Shown here: positions 49,444 to 60,286 of the stretch, in pieces | How positions within the stretch are numbered: position 1 is the first letter of the stretch | Layout: each line of letters begins with the position of its first letter | Source of the DNA: Coniocarpon cinnabarinum | Taxonomy: Eukaryota | Direction: 5' to 3' | Assembly (NCBI GenBank): GCA_051942205.1 | Contig: JAVECO010000014.1 | Span: 124,001-188,000, forward strand | DNA: 64,000 nt | Translations under genes and position numbers: made by a program | The notes under the pieces: model-generated | What the model was told of the DNA's origin: nothing | Databases searched by the model: none | Seen by the model: the letters and a program-made list of their open reading frames with translations, nothing else

Positions 49444-52400
49444 TGTTGAGACGTTGATCCTGTGATGCTTCGGCTTCTAGCCGTCTCAGTCATCACAACG
49501 GTCTCACGGCCTTCACTGGCCAGGCGGCTCACCTTTACGCTCTTCGCACTGCTTTTCAGCATTTGCATCACCATGAAGTTTGTACTGACATCAGACCGTG
49601 TGGACACGCTAGGCTACTTCACGACATCTCAATGAGTCTTCCCGCCAGCGCGAGCGACCGACATCACTCTTCCCAAAGTCTTCTAGGTGAGTCTCCCAGG
49701 CCTTGCTTTTTCGACCGCTCGGCCTGCTCGAGGGCGGGCTTTTCCGCCTGGCTCGCCCTCTTCCACCGTTGAGCTTCATCGCCTGGCTCAACGTTGTCGG
49801 CGGGCTTCATCGACTGGCCCGCCGACTTCCACCGCTGAGCTTCATCGCCTGGCTCAGCCTCGTCGGCGGGCTTCACCGCCTGGCCCGCCGGCTTCCACCG
49901 TTGAGCTTCATCGCCTGGCTCAACGGTGTCGGGGACTCACCTTTACACTCTTCGCAATGCTTTTCAGTATTGCCTACCAGAATCGTCGCGCGTTACCTCT
50001 CCGATCCTCCGGATCCGGCCCCATAACCTTCGGGTACCAGGTGGCCGTCGTGATTGAGGGAAGCCTTCTGGTTTCGTGACCTTTGGTTGTCGAATGTGAC
50101 TGAAGTTTGTACTGACAAGGGACCGTGCGGACTCTCGCACCACTAGGTACCTCGCTGGATACTCATTCCATCCTTTCTTCACCAACTTCGACGCTGCGGG
50201 ACACGTCGCATGTTGTCTTTCACAGGTGAGTCTGCATCCCCTCTGCGCTCTCTCGGCTGCGCTCCCGACTGGGTCGGCGAGCCTTTGAGTGCATTGTGCA
50301 TGTCGACCTTACGAGGTTGAAGCACTATTTGAGACCTTTTGGTCCTGCGGCTCACCTTTGCTTTCTTCGCGCTTTGCATTTTGAAGTTGGCACTGACATC
50401 CGAGGCGTGCGGACTCTCGCAACACCAGGTTTCTCTTCATCATCCCAGCCTCTCTTCACCTTATCCGACATTTAGGGACTGGGCGCCTACCGCGTCTTCT
50501 CCAGGTGAGTCCGCATTCCCCTCGCACTCCTTTTTCCTTACGGTTGTGCGTCCTCTCTGGGCAACGTTCCTTAGAGTGAATGTGCCTCTACCTTCCGCGG
50601 TTGAGCACTACTTGAGACCATTGGTCCTGCGGCTCACCTTTACTTTCTTCGCTTTGCGTTATGAAGTTAGTACTGACATCAGACCGGTGTAGACTCTCGC
50701 ACCCCAGGCTCCTTCCCTAAACCACCGCCTCAGTCCCCTTCACCAAAGCCGACATTGTCAGTCACCAACTCGTCATTCGTGCCGTTGCTCTTGGTGAGTC
50801 TGCATTCCCCTTGCACACCTTTTATAGCGTTGTGCGCACTCTTGGAGCTTCCTTCCCGACTGGGTCTGTTAGCCCCGTTGAGTGATGTGCATTGACCTTC
50901 CGAGGTCGAAGCACTACTTGAGACCTTTGGTCCTGCGGCTCGCCTTTACTTCCTTCACTTCATGGAGTTTGTACTGACATCAGGGGCGTGTGGACTCTCG
51001 CACTACTAGGCTTCTTCGCATCGCTCACTAAAGTGCAAGACTTGTTGTCGGCATCTGCTCCAGGTGAGTCTGCATCCCCTAGCACACTTTTCGGAGTGGT
51101 GCGCACTCTGTGGCGTTGCCCTGCATGGGTAGGCGGACCCATTTGAGTGACACGTGCATCTACCTTTCGAGGTTGAAGCACAGTTTGAGACCTTCTTGGT
51201 CCTGCGGCTCACCTTTGCCTCCTTCGTTTCGCTTTTCAGCTTTGCATTTTGAAGTTGGCACTGACATCAGACTGTGCGGACTCTCGCATCACTAGGGTCT
51301 TCTTGTATTTGCTAGATCATCACACCGATCTCCCTTCACCGAATTCGACGCTGTGGAACCTACTCCAGGTGAGTCTGCATCACCCCTGCACTCTCTTTTA
51401 TAGAGTTGTGCACACTCTGGTCGAGCTGCGCGCTCCCGTCATGGGCCAGCGAGCTCCCTTGAGTGATCGTGCATACCCTTCTTCGGGAGGTTGGCGCACC
51501 ATTTGAGACCTTTTGGTCCTGCGGCTCACCTTTGTTTTCTTCGCACTGCTTCTCAGCTCTGCATTCCATGAAGTTAGCACTGACATCAGGGGCGTGTGGA
51601 CTTTTACACTGACAGGTCTATCCGTTTTCCCAGTCCCCATGCACCAGCTTCATGCTGCGGAACTCGTCGTCCAGGTCTGCTCTAGGTGAGTCTACATTCC
51701 CCTTGCACAGCTTTCAATAGCACTGTGCGCTCTCTCTGCGGCTCAGCAGTCCCGACCGGGTCAGCGAGCCCCTTGAGTGATTGTGCATACCTTCCTTCGG
51801 GAAGTTGACGCACCATTTGAGACTTTTGGTCCTGCGGCTCACCTTTACTTCCTTCGCATTGTTTTTCATCATCAAGTTAGTATTGACATCAGGGGCGTGT
51901 GGACCTTCGCGCTACTAGGTTTTAGTGAATGATCATGCCGCTCGCGCGGCACCTGTCGCACGCGTCGTCTTCACCAGGTGAGTCTGCATCGTCCCCAGCA
52001 CATCCTTCTAGGATTTATGCGCACTCGCGGATTCGCGCATTCCTACGGGATAGCGTGAGTATCCCTCGAGTAATCTTGCTTCGACATTTCTAAAGTCAAG
52101 CACTGTCTGAGACCTTTTTGGTCCTGCGGCTCACCTTTACATTCTTCGCACTGCTTTTCAGCCTTGCACGACATGAAGCCTTGTACTGACATCAGACCGG
52201 TGTGGACACTGGCACCACCAGGTTTTGTTAAGCTATCACACCTATATCGCTCACCAACTTCGAGGTCGGGCCTAGTCGCATGCACCGTCTTCAACAGGTG
52301 AGTCTGCATTCCCCAGTACATCCCTTCCGGTTGTGCGCACTCTTGGAGCTACGCTCCCGACATGGGACAGCGAGCTCCGATTGAGTGATTGTGCTTACCT

Positions 52401-52525
52401 TCCTCCGGGAATGGAAGCACTATTTGAGACCTTCTTGGTCCTGCGGCTCACCTTTACTTCTTTCTCCTGGTTTCTTGCATCATGAAGTTAGTACTGACAT
52501 CAGGGGCATGTGGACATGCGCTTAG
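49309..52525 (+). ncRNA. Tandem array of 10 paralogous structured intron-like units with variable spacer exons (putative non-coding host transcript)
   Basis: GTGAGT donors at 49309, 49687, 50226, 50505, 50794, 51064, 51369, 51686, 51978 and 52298; branch (T/C)A(C/T)TGAC in each unit; YAG|G acceptors ending at 49612, 50146, 50428, 50707, 51009, 51295, 51615, 51918, 52221 and 52525; covarying stems. Confidence 0.7.
49730..49926 (+). repeat. Six tandem ~30 nt hairpins with a shared loop, inside array unit 2
   Basis: For example CGTTGAGC-TTCATCGCCTG-GCTCAACG and GTCGGCGGGC-TTCATCGACTG-GCCCGCCGAC. Confidence 0.9.
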
Positions 52526-52910
52526 GTTTTACTCCACTCCTCGCACTTGCTGTGAAGCTCACGATCGTCGAGAACTTTTCTTTGAATGGTTTGGTGCTCG
52601 CACCAGAGCTTCAAGGAAGAGGTTTCTGTGCATTGGAAGATGTCTCATGCTCACAAGTCCTCAAGCTCTTAATCTATGGCCTTAGCTCTTGCTATCGTCG
52701 CAAGCACTGAAAATCGAGGTTATCCTTGCACTCTACGCTGCCATGACTATGCTGCTATGATTCCCACAACAATGCAAGAGCTGGGACCCATGAAAATTTG
52801 AGACGCATCTCGGTGTCAAAAGGGGTTTTGGAACATCGGAGTTGGTCCTAGCAGCGCATAATAGTCCATGATCAGGCTATGCTTCTTCTTCTTCATGACC
52901 GCATTCGACT

Positions 52911-53681
52911 ACAATTTTGGAACTTCCCTAAACGCACTTGCGCAAAATTCAAGGCACAAATTCAAACACATCTCACCCTACTCCGCGCAAGTCCCATGCT
53001 GTCGTATCCGCTCTCGTGATGTTCTATCTACTCACCTGATCCGCGCAAGGAGTTGCGAAGGACCAGCTCAATGGCATTGTTGCGTCCAACCCTCGTTCAA
53101 CCGCCTCTGAACTCCTCTTCTTAGATTCTAGATTATTCACCTGCAGACTGCCTGCCTAAAATACAATGTTGCTTCTCGTTCGGCAATACAGATGCGACGA
53201 TAGGGCTGAGGGGAATCTGGTCGTGAGCTGTCTCCCAGGAGAGCACGTGAGCCTTATGCTCATACTTATGAAAATGTAGAGCTATAACATCTTCAGTGTT
53301 CTTGATGGCTGAAATTATTTGGTTCTCTCGCTCGGCAAACGATGGTTGATATCGCAAGCACAGGAATTTTCTGTAGGGCGACCATAGTATTTACGCAAAG
53401 CATTCGATTATTGCTGGAGCGCAATTCATTTCGTGTCTTGCATTGGTATTCGGCAAAAGGATGCGGTTGTTGCGGGCCGTAACGCGCTCAAAGGCACATT
53501 TCCAAATGGTAGAAGCGGTAATCAAAGATAGGTTTTGCTGTCCATGTGCCTGGCTATGTCCAGATGAAGAGGACCCGCTTCTACGCGACGATGATAAGAT
53601 GCAGCTGCCCTGTAGCAATAGAAGGGTGCCGATATGTCCGAGTAGCCACGACTCAGTACTATGAGTAGTTAGTATCATCAT
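52911..53681 (-). CDS. Possible spliced orphan gene or pseudogene
   Basis: ORF pieces 53681-53391 and 53357-53133 plus an exon at ~53106-53036 bounded by CAG|...|GTGAGT; no recognisable domain. Confidence 0.3.
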
Positions 53682-53913
53682 CCGCCAATTATATTACACC
53701 AGCGCTGCAGCAATAACGTGGCACCCTCTGTAGATAAAGGCGGAAAGATCTTGTGGGATATGAAAGGCGAGTTTAAATCTTCCCACCTCCAAACATAATC
53801 AAACGGCGCACTTCTTAGCTCAGGCGTTTGCCGTTCATCCTCTGAGTTCCCAACAAACTTGGGGACTTTTCTTCTTCAACAACCCCAGCACTCCCAGCAC
53901 TCACGTCGGCAAC

Positions 53914-55017
53914 ATGTCAGCAACTACGATGGATGAGCCGACAAAGCTCGTGGTGGTTGGGTTAGGGAATCGCACACGCACCAAATTCCTACCAGCGGTC
54001 GCGCCCCTCATCGGCTCGGGCGTTTGGTCACTAACATGTGGCATTGGCTCTCTTTCCAAGGGAGACCTAATGCTTGATGGCCAGAAGGTCACCACTTACG
54101 CTTCGATCGAAGAGGCCGATGCCGAACTGAAGACTGCTGAACTTGCTTACGTATCCCTTCCACACAATGAATACGCCTCAACGGTCCACCGGCTCATCGA
54201 TTACGGCATCGACGTTTTGATGGAGAAGCCCTTCACGACCTCCATCGTAGAAGCCTCAGATCTCGCTGAGTACGCCAAGGAAAAGTCAAGGAAGATAAGC
54301 GTCTTGTGCCAGCGCCGCTTCTCCACACGTTACGGAGCTCTGAAGGCGTGGATTCCCAGGATTGGGAAGGTTTCTGCCGTGCATGTCGAGGAGACCATCA
54401 AGATCGGTCAGTTCGGTGGTAGTTGGAGAGCCCGGGAGGATGCTGGCGGAGGAGTTGTGATGGATTTGGGTTACCACATGCTCGACCGATTGGTATGCCG
54501 TTCTTTCACGAGCATGGAGCGGATCCATTTCAATGTGACTGTGCTAATACCCAACACATAGGTGGACATGTTTGGATATACCGACAACGTACAAAATGCT
54601 CAGCTCATCAAGTCGCGCAGTCAACAAGACTACGATGTCGAGGACACGGCGCACATTGCTCTCGAGTTTCCCAACAAGGTTCAAGGCAACGTCGTTCTCT
54701 CATGCGCTGGTATCGGCAAAAAGGAGTATTTTCGCATCATTGGAGAGCACGGGACAATCTGCTTGGACACGAACGAGGTATCACTATACTTGATCAAGGA
54801 CGATGAGCTGAAGTTAGAAGATCATTGCGCTGCCGAAGAAAGCAGCCAGATGCTTCTGAGACATGCATTGGAAACATACCTGCGTTCCCCCGAGGATCCT
54901 CGCTGGAATCTGGACTGCGATCTCGATGTCATGTGGCTTATCGACGAGATCTATACATCCGACAACACAAAAGAGATTGGTTTCTTTGGAGATCCCAATA
55001 ATTCTATGAGACCGTAG
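53914..55017 (+). CDS. Gfo/Idh/MocA-family NAD(P)-dependent oxidoreductase; intron 54493-54561
   Basis: VVVGLG Rossmann start; VSLPHNEY; VLMEKP; QRRF; WR..AGGGVVMDLGYHMLD. Confidence 0.9.
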
Positions 55018-55630
55018 ATCTGGCCTCACACAACGCCGTCGGTTTAAGAGGCGATCTGCCAACAGCTGTCAAGGTTTCTATGTGGCATTATGAGCATGAT
55101 TGACCAACTGTCAAGTGCTGTCAAGTGCTGGATCCACATCATCAAGCGTGTTGCTTTTGACTGCGCACAAGATTCAACAACACCCCAATTGCCGACCACT
55201 GGACCTGGGGAGTGCGACACGGATGATGAAAGTGAGCCGCGCTTTGGGGACGCTTGAAGAATAGCAGTCTCAATCAACTTCGAAGGACGATGGGGTTGCA
55301 AATTCCTTTTCGCTTTTTACGTATGCGTGATGAAAGTGGACTTTTGATATCCTATACCTCGTTTCTTTGCAAGTGCACCATTTTACTAGTCGGCAAGACT
55401 ATCAAAAACGTTGGCCAGTGTCTTGCTAGCCCACCGCAAGTATTGATAGGTCTGGGAAGATAGGTCTGTATGTGATCGTTTGCTGGCCCCCCATTGACCT
55501 TTAAGAAGGCGAGTTAGAACTTAGTGGTGATCACGCGGTCTCGTGATGGCAGCTTGGAGACGTCAAGATGCATCTGTTTCACGCAATACCCTGAAATCTC
55601 TCCATGTAGTGTTTTTACTGCCCCTGGTTG

Positions 55631-56116
55631 CTACGAGCGTAGCACATTCTGCGTCTTCAAAGCTTCGAGTACAACCTCTCGCATCTCGCTCGTCATGTCA
55701 ACCTTCTCCACATTTTCCTTCGAGGCCCACATGAAGTCATCATGTTCTTCGGCACAGAGCCGAATATTCTCATCATTTTCAACAGTGACCTCATAGTTAA
55801 GCTGCACACTCGTCTTGTCGCTACCTCCCACCCAAGTCATATCACGCATGCGCTTGATGACGCTCGTTAGCTTCAGGCCCGTCTCTTCATATAGCTCGCG
55901 TGCCACAGTGTGTTGAACATTGGCATCGGCGGCCTCGATGTGGCCGCCAGGGAGCTCCCACATGCCAGCGAAGGACTCTTCATGAGCGACTCGCTTGCAA
56001 ATTAGGACGCGAGAAGGCTCATTGCTGGAGCGTCGGAGAACGGCGACACCAACAATCCATTTGTTTGTGGGGTCTAGGTCAGCGGGTTTCGTGGAGAGGG
56101 AAACATGAGACATCAT
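55631..56116 (-). CDS. Nudix hydrolase
   Basis: Nudix box WELPGGHIE..VARELYEETGL; C-terminal EEHDDFMW. Confidence 0.9.
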   Translation of the reverse strand: MMSHVSLSTKPADLDPTNKWIVGVAVLRRSSNEPSRVLICKRVAHEESFAGMWELPGGHIEAADANVQHTVARELYEETGLKLTSVIKRMRDMTWVGGSDKTSVQLNYEVTVENDENIRLCAEEHDDFMWASKENVEKVDMTSEMREVVLEALKTQNVLRS

Positions 56117-56861
56117 TCTGCTTTGAATCCAATGTTGATAGATGTGTTTTTCTGCAGTTGTTGGTGAATTGCGAGCTCCACATGTCATCCAGTATATCCA
56201 ATAGGTAGGTTTCTATTTGCACAGTGGTATATCCTGATATCCTATTGGAGAAGCTCCTGCTTCTTGGGGACTAGCACTTTGAGTGCCAAGCACCTGCACC
56301 AGCAACGATTTGATAGACTGACAGCCATCACAGTCATCTTTCCAGGCGGTCTAGCACTTCGCATCCTTCGATGGAGACAGCATGAAGTCGCCGCGAAGAA
56401 AAAAGGCGCACGCCACGGCCCCAACCAGATCCGCGCGATTTTTGACACCTTGATTGGCGCAGACACCATCAACACTAAGAGACCCCTGACAGGCGACGAG
56501 CCGCGGCGTGTGGAGCAGCCCGTCGTCACCAATGCTCTAGAATTCCCCAAAACAGCTCGATACGAGACCTTTCTGGCCGTTCCCCCATGCAACAGCCACA
56601 GCCTTGCCAAGACCGCCCCATTAAATTGCTCTCCCCCTTTTTTGCTCATATTTATGTTGTTTAGACGCCCGTCTGCTCATCTCTCCTGATCTTTTTGTTC
56701 AGACATTTCAATTCTTCACTACTTTGCGGTCTCGATCAGTCGATCTCTTGCACTGCTTGCTTCATTAAAGACTACAATATTTAATCAACACACGTCTACT
56801 TCTGCGATTACCGCTCACTTCACTGTCACCTAAACAAATCCGAGCTTACGCGTCTGCGACA

Positions 56862-57638
56862 ATGTACACCGCCGAGCTCCTCCTCGCCATTGCGGCGCTT
56901 GCTGCTGCTCAATCCACGCCGACGCTGGATCCCCAGATCTCGAGTCTCGTCGCTCAACTCCCCACCGACACCGCCGCCATGTCGCTCTCCAGCTACCAAG
57001 CCTCAGTGGCCAGTAATAACGTCGCCGCTGCGTCCTCCCTCGCGGCTTCAGCATCTGCCGCCGCCTCCTCCGTCGCCACCACAAACCCAGCAGCCGCCGC
57101 GTCGATCACCCAATCCGTCAACTCCTACGTCTCTGCCGAGCGCTCCGCCTTCTCAGGCATCACGACCCAATCCGCAGCGCTCCAGTCTTTGGCGTCGGTC
57201 GCGCAGGCTCTGTCCACGGAGACGGATGCCATGGCTCAGGCATCCGCCATTGCGTCCATCCAGAGTCAGTACGCGACGCTTTACCAGGTTCCTTCCGCCA
57301 GTGGAATCAGTGGATCGCCGACTGTGGCGCCTGGTGTCATGACCACGGATACCGGATCTTTCAGCTTGAACACGGGCTCGGCCACGATGTCGGGTGACAG
57401 TGATTCTGACACCGGCAGCATGGGAAGCATGACGATGACCAGCATGGGCAGTGAAAGCAGCGAGAGCAGCGGGATGCAGAGCACGACTGGTGGGGCTTCT
57501 TCTCGACTCAGCAGCGCCACACAGCAGGCCGGCAGCTCGTCGGGATCCGGCAGCAGTGGTGCAGCTGCACCTATGGTGACCGTCTTCAAGGGCGCCGCTG
57601 TTCTGGGTGCCTTGGTCGGTGGTGTTGCCGTTTTGTGA
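56862..57638 (+). CDS. Secreted Ser/Ala/Thr-rich, probably GPI-anchored cell-wall protein
   Basis: Signal peptide MYTAELLLAIAALAAAQ; S/T-rich body; omega-like SGA followed by a hydrophobic tail. Confidence 0.85.
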   Translation: MYTAELLLAIAALAAAQSTPTLDPQISSLVAQLPTDTAAMSLSSYQASVASNNVAAASSLAASASAAASSVATTNPAAAASITQSVNSYVSAERSAFSGITTQSAALQSLASVAQALSTETDAMAQASAIASIQSQYATLYQVPSASGISGSPTVAPGVMTTDTGSFSLNTGSATMSGDSDSDTGSMGSMTMTSMGSESSESSGMQSTTGGASSRLSSATQQAGSSSGSGSSGAAAPMVTVFKGAAVLGALVGGVAVL

Positions 57639-58351
57639 AGAGTTTGAATTTTGAAACAATGAGAGAGGGAGGAATCGAAGACAGCGATGGTGGAAAGTAG
57701 AGGGGGGAAAGAGGCTTATATCCAAATGGGGGAGAAAGGGAGAGACCATGAGTTTGTTCAGAGAGTGATGGCTATAATGTCAATGGAAAGACGGGAAATT
57801 TGTGTAGAGTCTGTAGATTGATGTCAATGATACCGAGTTTGCATACTGCTATCTGCCCCTTTGAAGCGTGTCTTCCTGTATCCTTTCGCCATGATAATTT
57901 GGTCTCGTGAATCACGTGCAGTCTCGGTTCACTTTCACGTAGCTGTGAGCGGCTTGCTACTACACTATTTCACAACGTGTTTTTATGTCTACTCGGTAGC
58001 ATTGTGCTGTAGACACAAGCGCGTCAGTCACGTCTATTTTCGTCTTGAAGAGTGTCACTTGATGTGCTCTTACAGCTGGTACCCAGAACGGAGCATCCAA
58101 CGCCTCACACCGGGCGTTATTCGTCAGCGGAACAGCGTGTCGTCCGATGCTGGGTCTCAGTGACTGTTATCATGCCTGACGAAATGCAATGGTCAAGCAG
58201 CTTGCGTGGTGACCGCGGCGACTCTGTCATGTGGACGCTTTGTCTGGAGGTCCATCCAAGATCGAGGTCATTTTGCATGTTTACTTTCAAACTCGCTTGT
58301 CGAACATCGTAAGGTGGATCAGTCTTCAAACCGTTTCGGCCAGCAAACATC

Positions 58352-59980
58352 TCACTCGAACTCGATCGTCCCTGGCGGCTTGCTCGTCAAATCTTGAAAC
58401 ACCCTGCACACCCCACTGACCTCATTGACGATTCGATTCGCCACGCGTCGCAGGAAGGCAGGCTCGAACTCATACCATGTTGCCGTCATGAAATCCGTCG
58501 TATTCACCGCGCGCAAAGCAACGACTTGCTCATAGGTGCGCTTGTCGCCCATCACCCCTACAGCCTTGACCGGCAGCAGTCCAACAAGCGCTTGGTCGAT
58601 CTTTCGATACAGATCTTTCTCGGCCCAGATCTCGTCCATGAAGATCTTGTCGGCTTTGCGTAGGATATCGAGCTGTTCCTTTATGACTTCGCCGAGGATG
58701 CGGATGCCGAGACCGGGGCCTGGGAAGGGATGCCGATACACCAGCTCGTCTGGGATGCCTAGTTCTTTACCTAGCACGCGGACTTCGTCTTTGAAGAGTT
58801 CTCGGAGCGGCTCGATTAATTTCAAGTGCATCCCGGCGAGCAGTCCGCCGACATTGTGATGTGTCTTAATGGTGGCGCTGGGTCCTTTGAAGGAAATGCT
58901 CTCGATCACGTCTGGATACAACGTGCCCTGGAGCAGCCACTCAATGTCGCCTTCCCTGGGAGACCCTTTGGCTTCTGCGGCGATCTGCTTGGCTTTATCT
59001 TGGAAGACTTCGATAAATGTGTTGCCGATTATTTTGCGCTTCTGTTCTGGATCAATAACGCCCTTGAGACGGGTCAGGAAGAGGTCTGAAGCATTTATCA
59101 CCGTCAGGTTGACGCCAAGGTGCTTGCCTAGTGTATCTTTGACAAGCTGAGCTTCGTCCATGCGAAGAAGACCGTTGTCGACCATTACGGCATGAAAGCG
59201 GTCCCCAATTGCTCGCTGCATCAGCTTCGCCGCGACGCTGCTATCAACGCCGCCACTCACCGCACCAATGACCTGACCTTTGTCTCCAACAAGAGCGCGA
59301 ATGCGTGAGATTTCTTGATCAACGAAACGAGACATACTCCAGCCTTGTTGAGCACCACAAATGCGCGCAGCGAAATTCTCAAGAATAACGGTACCTTTTT
59401 GGGTGTGTGTAACTTCAGGGTGGAATTGGATGCCATAAAAGGGCTTTGACTGATGAGCTATGCTGGCAAATGGCGCATTGCTTGTCGTTGCTATTGTTAC
59501 AAATCCTCCAGGTAGCTTCGAGAGCTTATCACCGTGTGACATCCACACGTCAATGTCGTTCACTATGCCTGCAAAAAGCTGACTTGCAGAACTACCCACA
59601 CCTTTCTCAATGTGCAACGCAGAATGTCCATACTCACGCTTATCACCTGCGGCCACGTCCCTGCTGAAATGCCACGCAATCTCATTAAATCCGTAGCAGA
59701 TGCCAAGTAGGGGCACGCCGAGCTCGAAAACAGTGGGATCTACGTGTGGTGCGGCTTCCTCATACACGGAGTACGGCCCACCTGAAAGTATTACACCTTT
59801 GGGTGACCAGGACAGCTCTGAAAGCTTCTGTGTACATGGTAGCATTTCTGAATAAATATTCAATTCACGCAATTTGCGAGTAATTAGATGTGAGTACTGA
59901 GATCCAAAATCCAGAATGAGTATGGTATCAAACGTCTTGTGTGGCTCGTTTTGCGCGGCCAACGCATCTGAAGCTTCCAT
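58352..59980 (-). CDS. GUA1: GMP synthase (glutamine-hydrolysing), intronless
   Basis: [51 protein letters not shown]. Confidence 0.98.
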   Translation of the reverse strand: MEASDALAAQNEPHKTFDTILILDFGSQYSHLITRKLRELNIYSEMLPCTQKLSELSWSPKGVILSGGPYSVYEEAAPHVDPTVFELGVPLLGICYGFNEIAWHFSRDVAAGDKREYGHSALHIEKGVGSSASQLFAGIVNDIDVWMSHGDKLSKLPGGFVTIATTSNAPFASIAHQSKPFYGIQFHPEVTHTQKGTVILENFAARICGAQQGWSMSRFVDQEISRIRALVGDKGQVIGAVSGGVDSSVAAKLMQRAIGDRFHAVMVDNGLLRMDEAQLVKDTLGKHLGVNLTVINASDLFLTRLKGVIDPEQKRKIIGNTFIEVFQDKAKQIAAEAKGSPREGDIEWLLQGTLYPDVIESISFKGPSATIKTHHNVGGLLAGMHLKLIEPLRELFKDEVRVLGKELGIPDELVYRHPFPGPGLGIRILGEVIKEQLDILRKADKIFMDEIWAEKDLYRKIDQALVGLLPVKAVGVMGDKRTYEQVVALRAVNTTDFMTATWYEFEPAFLRRVANRIVNEVSGVCRVFQDLTSKPPGTIEFE

Positions 59981-60286
59981 TGTGTAATTTGTGCTTTGAC
60001 GAATGAGCGGCGCCAATTAAATGAGTGTCTACAATAATTCAATCAAATTCGGATTATTTTCAAGAAAGGTGGTGAGAGAAGGACCTAATAAGATGCCACA
60101 GCAGGGTTAGGAATACCCTAAATTCTACAACCAATGAGAGCGCAGATAAAACATGCAGCTCGGCCTCGATCAATCCCCTTCGATCTCGTTTCTGACTTTT
60201 GCTCAGAGCACGAATTTGCCTATCTCATTACTGTCAGCCCGTACCTAACACCAATCTTTGGCACATTTGGCAATATAGCATTTCCA

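Noticed and set aside
49309..52525. CRISPR array
   Set aside because: Repeats are 200+ nt, degenerate and bounded by splice signals; the genome is eukaryotic and no cas-like ORF is present.
49309..52525. Hammerhead retrozyme, TPP riboswitch, tRNA/5S cluster or canonical snoRNAs
   Set aside because: No CTGANGA..GAAA core on either strand, no TPP aptamer consensus, no tRNA T-loop or 5S signature, and no clear C/D or H/ACA boxes by eye. An Rfam search is still needed.
49563..52710. Short ORFs across the array (e.g. 49687-50079, 50339-50692, 51360-51569)
   Set aside because: They recur in different frames and strands as by-products of the repeat, and frequent frame-breaking indels separate the units.
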